From Camelus dromedarius (taxonomy: Eukaryota), in assembly GCF_036321535.1 (NCBI RefSeq), contig NC_087444.1:65410001-65474000 (forward strand): DNA of 64,000 nucleotides. The letters are read 5' to 3'. Positions 1 to 10,300 of this stretch are shown piece after piece (the stretch's first letter is position 1; the number at the start of each line of letters is the position of its first letter). Under the pieces are notes generated by a model. It worked only from the letters and a program-made list of their open reading frames with translations. It made no database searches and was not told the origin of the DNA. Both the position numbers and the translations under genes were made by a program.

Positions 1-539
1 ATCCCTCAGCCCCAGAGCACTGTAGCCACCCCTGTGCCCCTACCTGCCAGTGCCTGCCTGCTCTTCGCTGCTGGAGGGTTGATGTGTGCTCCGTGCCACT
101 GCTCCTGCTTCCTGTGCCAATGCTGCACTTTCTGGACAGACAACTGTATTCAGAACTGCCACTGCCCAGCCCCTGGGGCCCTGGTGAGCAGTCTACCGGC
201 TGCTGGCCTGAGAAGGGCTGTGGTCGCTGCAAGGCTGCCACAGGTGGCTGGCATCACTACCTGTTAGCCCAGCCCCCACCCAGCACCACCACCCTGGAGG
301 AGCCACTGGTCTGCACTGCCACTGGAGACTTCCACTTCCACACATTTGGAGGAACCCACTGTGAATTCCCTGGTTCCTGCGTCTACCACCTGGCAGGTCT
401 CTGTGACACAGCCCATGCCAACTTTGAGCCCTTCAGCCTCAATTTGACCCCACTTCTGTGGCCATGTGGCTGCCCAAGGACCTGACCCCCTCAGCCTATG
501 CTCTGAGGCTAGATGTGAGTCTGAAAGATCTCAACTACT

Positions 540-1610
540 TCTAGGGGAGGTTCCAAAGGCCCACACTGACCCACCATCCCTCACTGTCCCCACTATTCTC
601 AGATAACCCATAGTGACCCTTCTTTTCCTGTTGATGCCTCTTTTACTGCCTCTCCCACTGGTCCTCAAATATGTCCACTCCAATTCCCTAGTGGCCCTAT
701 TTATCCCTTACCGGTGGTTACTGACCCTCCTTCTCACTGACTTGCTTGTCGACTCCTTCCACTGACTCTGACTTGTTCATGCTTAACCACCCTTGAGACT
801 CCTACTACCCTCCCATTAACTCTCCATTGAGTCTTCCATTGACTCCCTGATTGATTCCCCTTTAACCCACCGGCTCAGCCCTGACCTCCCCATTGACCCT
901 CTCTTTCACCCCCCTTTTAATATCCCATTAACCCATTGCCCCTCCCCAACTGATCCTACTACTGTTATATTGACTCACCCATTAACCCTGTTTACTGCCC
1001 TGTTGACCCCACCCCACACTGTTACCCCACTGATCTGTGCTGAGCTATCTAATTGACACTCCCAGTGATCCATGACTGGCCCATTAATGCCCCCACTTAC
1101 ACCACTGCAGATCTTGCTATTGAGCTTCCTGTTGATACTGACTCCTCCATTGAATTCTCAGGCTTTTCTGTTACCCAGCTGAGCCTCTTTGACTCATTAT
1201 CTCATCCATTGAGCCTTTCATAGTGTCTCATTAATTCATCGACTCACCTTCTAACTCCACCCTCATTTACCCTCCAGTTGAGCAGCACCCCTTGTTCCAC
1301 CCAAAGCCTTCTCTTGATCTTCAGTGACTCATTTCACTTTCTCCATTTGCCCTCTTCTTGATCCTCCCTTTGATTCCTCACTGACTTTTCCCACTGACTC
1401 CCTAATCATTCTTTTTTTTACCACCTTCATTGATTGTCCATTGACCTCTCTTTAATTCTGACCGTTCAGTCACTCTATCATTGATCCCCCATTGGATCCT
1501 TTGGTGACCCCCCATTTAGCCTCCATTGACTTCCCACTGAATTCTCTTTTGATCCCTAATGAATGTTCTCCTTGATCTCTCTCTGATCCTTCATTGACAG
1601 TTCCAAGAAT
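540..1610 (+). repeat. Degenerate C/T-rich repeat with ~12-bp period (consensus near CCCATTGACTCC) filling an intron of the pseudogene
   Basis: CATTGA/CACTGA-type cores recur; for example TTGA ends at 830, 842 and 854. The tract is bounded by the donor at 515 and the acceptor at 1673. Confidence 0.55.
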
Positions 1611-1774
1611 GTCTGCTGACTGCCAATACTCCCTTCCCTGGCTGTTCTCCCACCCCCCATGCCCTCTCTGTAGCTGGACGGAATTCTGGAATCACTGTCC
1701 TTCTTTCGTGGCCATTACCTCCGAGCCTACAGCTGGGGCTGTCTGTTCTGCATAGACACACAAAACATCTCAAT

Positions 1775-2050
1775 AGATTTTTAATTTGTATGTCTTATTA
1801 GGAGGTTGAGCATCTTTTCATATATCTAAGAAACATTTCTATTTCCTTTTTTATTAACTTTCTGAATAGCCTTTGCCCATTTTAAAAATATTGTGTTGTT
1901 GAAAAAGGAGAAAAAAATATTGTGTTGTTGGTCTTTTTGTTTTTGATTTCTAGGAACTCTTTACATATTTAGGGAAATTAGTCCTTTGTCTGTGATATGT
2001 GCTACACAGGTGCTTCATTGTTTGTCCATTCATGTTTATGATGGCTTTTT
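1775..2050 (-). mobile_element. L1 fragment, antisense
   Basis: T-rich sequence typical of antisense L1 (ttgagcatcttttcatat, ctttgcccatttt, ggaactctttacatattt). It contains an 18-bp direct duplication, aaaaatattgtgttgttg. Confidence 0.5.
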
Positions 2051-2212
2051 GGACCCGATATTGAGTCTTTGTCTCTGCAGATTGGGGAGGCATTGGTCCG
2101 GCCTGACTGCCAAGAGTGCTGTATGTGCTTACATGGCCAAGGCCTTCAGTGCCAGCCCTTTTCTTGCCCACAAACCATAGGTTGCATCCTGGGTGAGGAT
2201 GTACAGTGTTGT

Positions 2213-2497
2213 TGTTGCCGAAAGTTCCACCCCTGTCCCTGATGAGCCAAATAACTCAGGGACTGGGTCTTGGAGCTTAGAAGAAAAGAGGTAGCTCTAT
2301 TACTTTGCTGGGCAAAAGGTACTCACAGCAGGCTAGTGCCTTCAAAACTGTGAACCCACTTTGGGGATGGGGTAGGTTATATAGCCATGGCTCAAACAAT
2401 AAAGCATCAATAACAATCAAAAGAATCATTTTCTCATCAGAAGACTTAGAATGGCATCATGATGCCTCCAGGCGGCCAATTCTATAGAGGCTAGCAA
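2213..2497 (-). mobile_element. ERV LTR-like insertion inside pseudogene exon (c)
   Basis: Begins TGTTGCCGAAAGTTCCACCCCTGTCCCTGATGAGCC, recalled as an artiodactyl ERV LTR end. Candidate 4-bp TSD TTGT at 2209-2212 and 2498-2501. Removing 2213-2501 rejoins the flanks in frame. Confidence 0.6.
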
Positions 2498-3049
2498 TTG
2501 TCACTTTTTCGATCTAGCACCTGGGGGCCTCTTCACCACCTTTGATGGCTTCAGTGGGCTCACACCCATGCCTATCACACCCTGTGCCTGTGAGCTAGCC
2601 ACATTGGTTGGTTCTAGGCCCCAAGATCCTGACTGGTTCCATGTAATTTCTGACTTCCCAGACTGTCCTGGCTGCACTGCTCCCAACCACAAATGATCAT
2701 CAGCTTCAGAGATGGCTGTGCAGCTGTGGGACCCAATTGGGAAATATGAGTAAAGGGCTACCTCAATTCCAGCCAAGACCTTTGTGTAACCTAGCACTGA
2801 TCTCAGGGGCCTCTTAACCCCTCACTGACCTTCCATACCCTTTTCATGTAGAACTGTTCTCCCATAATCCTCTGATCTCACATTGACCTCCACTGACTAA
2901 ATGTCCTTGCCCTGATCTCCCGTGACCCTCTAGACCCCACATAAACCTCACCCTGGACTTCTCAGGACCCGCTGACCCCACCTTGACATGAGAGCTGCTG
3001 AACTCCTGGAAACTACTGACTGAGTGACCAGAGCTATAATAGGGCAGCA

Positions 3050-3460
3050 CATGTTGGAGTGATCAGGGCTTGAATAGGCAGGCTGTGGGAACCCAGAGGC
3101 AGTACCTCCAGTTTAGGGGATCAGTCAAGGCCTTCTGAAGGAGATGACAAATGAGCTGAGACCTGACATTAAGCTGGGAAAGAGAGCAAGGAGGAGAACT
3201 GTAAGACAAGGCCAGAAAAAGGGAGAAGCTACACTTGGGGCTGCGGTAAAAGTCAACTAATGAGTATAAAATATCCCACTAAATGTCTGTGGAGTTAGGA
3301 CCAAGGAGGCTGTTGGTGATTTAAGGAATCACATCAAGAGGTCATCTCCTGGACTGCAGGGCTGAGGAATGAGACAAGTACAGACAGCAGGCATAGACCC
3401 CTCTCTTGACAAGATGTCTATGCAGAAAGGGGAGAAAAAAGATCAGCTAGGAAGAGGCAG
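3050..3460 (+). mobile_element. L2-like fragment
   Basis: Typical L2 3' motifs (aggccttctgaaggagatgac..gagctgagacctga). Confidence 0.45.
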
Positions 3461-3481
3461 AGTATCTTAGAGCTGATTTAT

Positions 3482-3483
<2 letters not shown>

Positions 3484-3533
<50 letters not shown>
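3484..3533. repeat. (TTG)16 microsatellite
   Basis: Perfect 50-bp run visible in the sequence. Confidence 0.95.
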
Positions 3534-4778
3534 ATTGAGATGGGAGAAACTTGGGGATGTTTAAGTGCTAATGGGAAGAAGCCAGACAAGGAGAGGTTGG
3601 AAACCCAGCAGGGAAAGATGCCAGGGTAGAGATCCCTGGGTCCCCAAGGAACACGGAAGCAGGAGAGCCACAGAAGAACTAGAATCCAGGCAGGCAAAAT
3701 GGGTAGTAATTATAAGGGGAAAACAAACTTGAAATCCCATGATGAGAAATAGAATCACCTGTGAGTTCAAGGCTACTTGTAGGAATGGGGGAATGGACCA
3801 GCAAGAGAACTGCTTGGGTATCTGCCACAACCTAGCAGGTAAGCTAAGCCAGAGCCTTTGGCTAGAGGGTCAAGAGACTCCGACTATGTTTCTTAGAATT
3901 CTAGTGTAACTTTGGGTAAGTGACTCAGTCTCTATGCCTGTTTCCTCATCCACTAAAAGTGGTGATAACACTACCCACTGCATAGGGTAGCTGTGAAGAT
4001 AAAGTAAGAGGCTTGGCATAAGTACTCAACAAGTATAAGCTGTGATAGCTCTAGCAGCCACTTTTATATTATTTTTTGGAGAGGCAGTATAGATAGCAGA
4101 GTGGCTAAAAACACAGGTCATGAAGTCAGACCCCTAGGTTTCAAAAACCTGACTCTGCCACTTAACAACTATGTAAACCTAGACAGGCTATGTTACTTTT
4201 CTGGCCCTAGTTTCCTAGGAGGCAGAAGGCATATGGTGCTGCAGATCTAGATTGTCAGAGTGTTGGTGAGGATTTAATATCACTTAAAATATTAAATGTT
4301 TAATAAACTACCTTAAATAGTCACTATTTTAAAATAAATGTATTACATAAAATATAAATTAGGTGACAATATATTAAAAAATCAATTGCATTCTATTATA
4401 TTGCATATTATGTTAACATACTGTGTTACACATTATAAGATAAATATTTATAAAGCCCTTGGAATAGTGCCTGGAACAGAGTATGTGCTCAGTAAATGGT
4501 TATTAGATTATGAAGACACAGGTGAGAGAGATATGACAGATTCTAAAAGCTTTTTTTCTCTCTCAAGCTTCCTTTTAAGAAAGTGTTCATTATAGAAAAT
4601 TTCAAGCGTCACAAAAGAAGAGAGAAGAGTGTTATGAAACCCCATTATGGTTACAAATATTTTGCCATTCTTGCTTTAAGGCATCTTTCCCTCCCACTCT
4701 TTTTGTTTTGTTTGTGTTGGAGGATTTTGAAGAAAATCTCAGAACTTATTCCTCTAGCAAAGACCTGAATATGCATTT

Positions 4779-4951
4779 ATTTTTATTTTTTAAAAATCTA
4801 TTTCTTTGGGGGCAGGAGGTAATTAGGTTTATGTTTTTTGGTTTTTTGGTGTTGTTTTTTTTTTTTTAAATGGAGGTACTGGAGATTGAACCCAGGAAGT
4901 CCTGCATGCTATGCATGCGCTCGATCTCTGAGCTATACCCTTCCCCCAGAC
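4779..4951 (-). mobile_element. Vic-1-type tRNA-derived camelid SINE
   Basis: Reverse complement reads ggggaagggtatagctcagag..gggttcaatctccagtacctcc, then an A-rich tail and aaacctaattacctcc. 12-bp TSD GAATATGCATTT at 4767-4778 and 4952-4963. Confidence 0.85.
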
Positions 4952-4969
4952 GAATATGCATTTCTGATA

Positions 4970-5951
4970 GAGACACGGGCGGGCGGGATTCACAGTGGTT
5001 TCTGAGTTCCCCTTTGACTCCCGGACTCCGGCCCTCATCCCAGCCCCTGACCCGCCTCCACTCTCCACAAAGGAACTGACGCCCCACGCAGCTCGCTGGC
5101 CAGGTGTGCGGAGGCGTGGTCGCAAGCTAAGCGAGGTCCCCTACGCTCCAGGTGCTGGTAGGGCCCAAAGGGGCCATGGCCTTGCGGGCCTCCCCAGTGC
5201 TACGAGGATGCCTCCGCGTATCCTGTGGGGACTACAACGAATTGCGACGGATGACCTGATATTCCCTGGAGGACACCGGGGTGCCAGCCTAGTCGACGTG
5301 TCCCAAGCATGCTGGACTTGGGGCTTCAACAGCTGGTGAGGCCCCTCCCTCTCCTACCCCCGGGTCCGACTCACATCGGCAGAGGGCGCTACTAGCCCAG
5401 CTCCCTGCGCTACAGGCTGCCTTTAGGGGATTGCAGCCCACACCATCTCTCTATGCTCGTCTTCCTACAGCACTGAGCTTGTAGTGCTGGCTATGACCCA
5501 ACGCTTCAGCGCCTGACATCGTCCCTCTGTGCGTCCCCAGGGTTGGGACCCTCAACGCACACCTGCCCCGGGGGTGAGAACGCACGGAGATGGCTTTAAT
5601 AAATAACGTGGCAAAAAACATGCTTGTGCCTGTCTTCTCTCTCTCCCAGGACCCGGGAGTTAAGTCAGGACACCCTGTTTCCTTCCGACCCCAAACCTTA
5701 GAGTCTGACCGCCTCAGAACTACTGTCCTCACAAGGACACCTATTCCCTGTTGGGCGGGCCAGTAATTCAGAGGCCCCGCCCCTTATTCGCGACATTGTG
5801 ATGCAACTACAGCGACAGCCAATGGGACGCGACGGTGCCTCATAGCAGGAGGCGGAAGTGCCTGTTGCCTTGCAACGCCGCTTTTCCCAACAGTGCTGCC
5901 GCACGACTTTGTGACGCGTTGACTGTGTGCGCCCGCGGCCCAGCTGTAACC
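4970..5951 (+). promoter_or_regulatory. CpG-island promoter of SDHAF1
   Basis: CpG-rich. GC box (ggccccgcccc, ~5774), TCGCGA (~5786), CCAAT (~5819) and ETS GCGGAAGTG (~5851) lie upstream of ATG 5952. Confidence 0.7.
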
Positions 5952-6308
5952 ATGAGTCGCCCCAGCCGGCTGCAGAGACAAGTTCTGAGCCTGTACCGCG
6001 AACTACTGCGCGCCGGGCGCGGGAAGCCGGGCGCCGAGGCGCGGGTGCGGGCCGAATTCCGGCAGCACGCCAGCCTGCCACGCTCCGACGTACTGCGCAT
6101 TGAGTACCTGTACCGCCGCGGGCGCCGCCAGCTCCAGCTGCTCCGCTCCGGCCACGCCAAGGCCATAGGCGCCTTCGTGCGTTTGGGGGAACCGATCGAG
6201 GAGACCCGTGGCGCGGGAACCCCAGGGACTCCGCCTGACGTTGATGACGGTCCAAGGAGACCGCTTGACAGCATGGGGGCACCGGAGACCCCGTCCGAAG
6301 GACGGTGA
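5952..6308 (+). CDS. SDHAF1: Succinate dehydrogenase assembly factor 1 (LYR-motif protein), single coding exon, 118 aa
   Basis: [59 protein letters not shown] matches recalled SDHAF1. The LYR motif is present, the ATG is in AACCATGA context, and synteny fits. Confidence 0.97.
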   Translation: MSRPSRLQRQVLSLYRELLRAGRGKPGAEARVRAEFRQHASLPRSDVLRIEYLYRRGRRQLQLLRSGHAKAIGAFVRLGEPIEETRGAGTPGTPPDVDDGPRRPLDSMGAPETPSEGR

Positions 6309-6400
6309 CTGGCAGAAGGGCTCGCCCGATTGCCCAGGGGAACGAGGGGCCCGCCTGACTGCGTGGGGGGACCAGGGAACCCGCCTGATGGAAGGTGAGC
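6222..6400 (+). repeat. Degenerate 30-bp tandem repeat, 6 units, spanning the SDHAF1 stop codon
   Basis: Core CCGCCTGA or variants at 6231, 6261, 6291, 6322, 6351 and 6381. Confidence 0.7.
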
Positions 6401-6952
6401 GGTCTTAAGAGACTAGATCGACAGACTGGGGATAGTGGAGAGCCTTCTTGATGATGAAGGGTCCGATGGCGAGAGATGCCCGACCTTGCCCGATGTATGG
6501 TAACGGGTCAAACTTCCCCATGAAGGCTGGGGGCGGCCTGGGTCGCCGGCTGGCTGGACTCTCAAGCTGAGAGCTACTTACCCTCAGGCCTGGGGAGCCG
6601 GGACGCCCGGCTGTTGGACAGAAAGAAACTGACATGCCCCTCTCTTGACTCCTGAGAACATACCTACTCCTGGTTCCTCAAGGAAACTCCCTTCTCCTGT
6701 ATTTAACTCTGAAAAGAACAGACTTTTTGCTGAGGAGTTTGAAAAGATGCCCTGATGGAGGATGAGAAGTCTGGAATCCCCCTTAGAAAAACCTTTGCCC
6801 CATTGTGACAAACTTGGACCAGTGAGGAAGGGGCTAGGGTTCTTTCACTTCAGCTAATCAATTAAAGACCTCCTCAAGACCTCTACATGATGGTTCTGAG
6901 GGGGAGCCGCAACTCCTGCCCACTTTCCTGCTCAGGACTGTTGGACAAAGGG

Positions 6953-6958
6953 AATAAA
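6953..6958 (+). terminator. Likely SDHAF1 polyadenylation signal
   Basis: AATAAA about 650 nt after the stop; an ATTAAA alternative lies near 6860. Confidence 0.55.
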
Positions 6959-7832
6959 ATTGGGGATTTGCTTACTTCCCTTTTGGTGGTCTTAATGTGT
7001 TTGGGGGTTTTTGAAGTGTCCCCCCCCAACATACCAAGAAGTGACCCTCTGGGAGGGGATGGGTGTGGGGAGCTGTCTCTTCCCCCTCTGGAGCCTCTAG
7101 ATTGGCAGATTGGTTGGAGCAGCATAGTTCTCCTGAGCAGACCCATGGAGGGAACCCACCCTGGCTTGACCCCAAAGATGCCCCAGTTGACTCCTTAATG
7201 GAGAGTAGTGAAGCAGGAGAGGAAATGATAGAGCAGAGGAGGCCTGGCTGGTAATCCCTGAGGCAGTGGCGGGGCCCTCAAACCTGACTGAGTCCAGCCT
7301 CAGCTATAGGCTGAGATTTTTGCTAGCAACGCCCAGGGGTAGGGGAGGAGAGAGAGACCCATGGGCCACAGGCATACCTCCTCCCATGTCCTCACATGGA
7401 CCTGCTCTAGACATTCTCTGGGGTACTGCATTTTGCAGCCCTCAGCTGTATTTGCACCCATGTCTGTTAAATAAATGGAAAGCAGTTGAATTCTTAGCAA
7501 GATGCAGTTGAGAGGAGGAGGAAGGCCTTAGGAAAGGAGCCCAGACCTTGGACCAAAGGGAGGATGGACAGATGAGAAACAATCTCTGCCCCAATCCCAG
7601 TGGGGGAGGAGGTACTCGAATAGTTATAAGGTGGAATTGAAATGTGAAGAATTATAAGGTGTTTGCCAGAAGGTAGGGATAGACTTTTAAGCAGGAGGAC
7701 CAGTGTGGGTAGAGGCCTGGAGTGGACAAAAGGGAGAAATGCAGGGGCCCAGCTGGGACTTGGAGTGCCCAGAGCACAGGCTGTGAGGTTTGTGCATGTG
7801 GCTTCTACTTCAGCTTTGTCTCTGGTTGGTAC

Positions 7833-9343
7833 TCAGACCTCCGCAGCCACGTTCATCTCTCGCAGCCTGTTTTTCAGCAGGGTGATGCAGTTACTCCTGG
7901 CCTGGCTCCATTTCAGAGTGAAAATCAGAGTCTTGAAAGTGGGTAATGGGGTTGAGTCCTACCCATCTCACCCCCATTACGTCTCCACCTTTAATCTCCC
8001 TCTTCCTCACTTCTGTTTTTTTTTCCCCGTCTTGCTCACTTCTGACTCCAAGATCTTGAGCCCTAATAAACTCCAGGATGGGAGCTTCTGGCAGGGCTGC
8101 AAGCCGTGATCGAGTTCCCACTGGGGCCGGGCATCCTGGTCAGGAAGGGAGACATTCACCTGGGTATTACCAGTGAATGGAGTTTGCCTGGTAAAGAGGA
8201 TGGGGGAGGAGAATGCCCGATTTGAGGGAGGAGATTGTAGGTGAGTGAGCAGTGATTATAGACTCTGGAAATGGAATGCCTGGATTTAAACCCCAGTTCC
8301 AACGCTTACTGATTACATGATCACAGGCAAGTGATTTAACCTCTTTGTGCCTCAACACCCTTATCTGCAAAATGGGCGTGCTAATTGTGCCTCCCTCATG
8401 TGGCTGTTATGATGATATAGTGAAATACATGTGGCAGCAGATGATAATGTCCCAACCCCATAACCCTCCTGCCTATTTGTGTTCACTTGTAGCTGCACAA
8501 GAGTGTTCTCTAGAGGCTGCCAGCTTCCTACTCTGAGCCCCTGCAACTCTGCTCTTCTGCTTGAGGGCTTTCTTGAGTTATGTGAGGTGGGTTAATGGCC
8601 TCAGGAGCAAACGGAAGCTTGTGAGGGACAGCCGTCATTGAATGAATTGAGTTACTACATTTCCTAATTCTCGTAATTGTACTCTAGTTGCGTAAGAGGA
8701 TGCCCTTGATCTTAAGAACTGTACGCTGAAGTATAGTTACTCTCAAATGGTTCCAAAAATATGTGCACATACATATCAGTGAGACCGAGTGGTGAAGCCC
8801 ATGAGGTAAAATGTTAACAATTGGTGAATGTGGGTGAAGGGTGTATGGGGGTTTGTAGTACTAGTCTTAAAACTTTTCAATAACTTGAAACAAAACTAAA
8901 AGTTACAAAAAACAAAATAGACAATGGTCATATCAATGTGTCACTGGTCATTTATCTTTGAGCACCAGAGATCTTTGTACAGAGGGCACATTTTTTCAAG
9001 AGATTTGAGAAAAGGAAAGCCTGTATTTTCTGAGACTTTATTAACTTCTGTACATAACTTCTTCATAGACTTAGCCATCAATTTCAATTAAATTTCTGAA
9101 CTTGGAAATAATAACATCTGCTCTCCCTTACAGATTCTGATCTCCACCCTATTAGGAATGACAGGTCACTAGAATATGTCCTTGTCTTGGGTCACAAACT
9201 CAGTGGTCCCAAAGGGGCCAAGACAATGACCAGGAGCCATGGGCCTTGGGGAATTCTGGGACACTCACAGTACCCCATGAGGAGTCACCAGGCACACCCA
9301 TGAGTTCCCACCTCTCCTGCTCAGCTCCCTCCGACAGCGACAT
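7833..9343 (-). pseudogene. Unassigned cryptic exon chain encoding a spectrin-repeat-like peptide (pseudogene or unannotated gene)
   Basis: Exon-like segments 9343-9269, 8571-8487, 8159-8040 and 7931-7833 have AG/GT boundaries and splice without stops until a terminal TGA at 7833-7835. The peptide includes SWQPLENTLVQLQ|VNVSLPDQDARPQWELDHGLQPCQK..LKILESE|TLIFTLKWSQARSNCITLLKNRLRE. Confidence 0.4.
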
Positions 9344-9844
9344 CTGAGGGATGATGATGTGGAGGAATGACTGGAATTGTCTTTACAGTGATAGGAGTGT
9401 TGTGACTGGGTTTTAAAACAAAATTGATCTTCTGGAGACACTCCTTGAATTGTTGGTGAAAAAAAGGATATGGTATCTAGAACTGGCTTCAAAGTAATCT
9501 AGGAAGAGGGGAGTGGGCACCTGAGAGGTGCCCTGAGTCGCTAATGATCAGAGTCAGTGATGAGTCCACAAGGACTTGTAATGCTGTTCCTTCCCCTTTT
9601 GTACAAGTTCAAAAATTCCCAGAATGAAAGTTGAAAAAACAACAACCAAAAACCCTCCCGTGCCCATCTCATGCAGACTAGAAGTCCTCACTGTGGTCCA
9701 CAGTCCACCTGATCTGTCTCCATTGTCTCTTTCACCTTACCTCTCTCCAGTCGCCCACTCCACCATTCATGCTCCAGCCACACTGGCCTTCCCATGTGCC
9801 AGGCAAAATCCTACCTCAGGGCCTTTGTACTTGCTGTTCCCTTT

Positions 9845-10300
9845 ACAGGTCTGCACTGTCCAGTACAGTAGCTGGGAGCTACCTGTGACTTGAGCATTTT
9901 AAATGTGATTATTGCAACCAAGGAATTTTTTTTAATTTTTATAAACTTTAAATAATTTAAATTTAAAATTGAAGCAGTGTAAAATAGTTTGTCATTAAAC
10001 ACAGCTGTATTGTATTAGTAGCACTACATTTCATTTTATCTGTTGCAAATTAAGGTGTCCAAATTGAGACGTGCTAAAAAGTATGAAACACACACCAGAT
10101 TTCAAAGATGCAGTAAGAAAAAAAAGGATTGTAAAAGACCTCTATTTTTATACTGATGACATGTTGAAGTGATATTTTGGATATGTTGGGTTAGAGTATA
10201 AATTAAATTATTAAAATAAATTTCATCTGTTTCTACTGTTTTACTGTGACAGGAAATTCAAAATTATATTCGTGGTTCACATTGTATTTCTATCAGACAG
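9845..10300. mobile_element. MER3/MER33-like hAT-Charlie DNA transposon remnant
   Basis: Characteristic end (ctgcactgtccagtacagtagc..cttgagcattttaaatgtg) with a matching opposite end (cacattgtatttctatcagacagc). Confidence 0.5.

Larger units (their letters stand above)
1..2749 (+). pseudogene. Decayed 3' part of an FCGBP-like (TIL-TILa-VWD) multi-exon gene; the 5' part lies outside the window
   Basis: Three exon remnants. (a) <=1..514: TIL/TILa cysteines (CSHPCAPTCQC; FWTDNCIQNCHC) then VWD start CTATGDFHFHTFGGTHCEFPGSCVYHLAGLC, spread over several frames; donor GAT|gtgagt at 514/515. (b) From 1674: acceptor ctctctgtag|LDGILESLSFFRGHYLRAYSWG, the V[DN]G continuation of a VWD. (c) 2081..2749: acceptor ctctgcag|IGEALVRPDCQECCMC..CQPFSCP..C, insert at 2213-2501, then LAPGGLFTTFDG..CEL..WFHV..C, stop at 2694-2696, frameshift, IISFRDG..PNWEI*, donor gtaaag. 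The family call is from recalled FCGBP motifs. Confidence 0.72.

Noticed and set aside
3075-3100. GGCTGTGGGAAC (GCGN) as the missing last VWD exon
   Set aside because: It lies in L2-like sequence with no acceptor or flanking VWD similarity.
3467-3697. Poly-Thr ORF
   Set aside because: Simply the translation of the (TTG)n microsatellite.
4829-5125. tRNA-like sequence and overlapping ORFs
   Set aside because: A tRNA-derived SINE with an A-rich tail and TSD, not a tRNA gene; the same applies to the copies at 48.5 and 53.3 kb.
5835-5951. 39-codon N-terminal extension of SDHAF1 in the ORF track
   Set aside because: It starts at GTG inside the promoter; the conserved protein starts at ATG 5952 in good context.
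5698-6282. 194-aa and 144-aa minus-strand ORFs over SDHAF1
   Set aside because: Antisense shadows of a GC-rich CDS with low-complexity R/A/G content and no recognisable domain.
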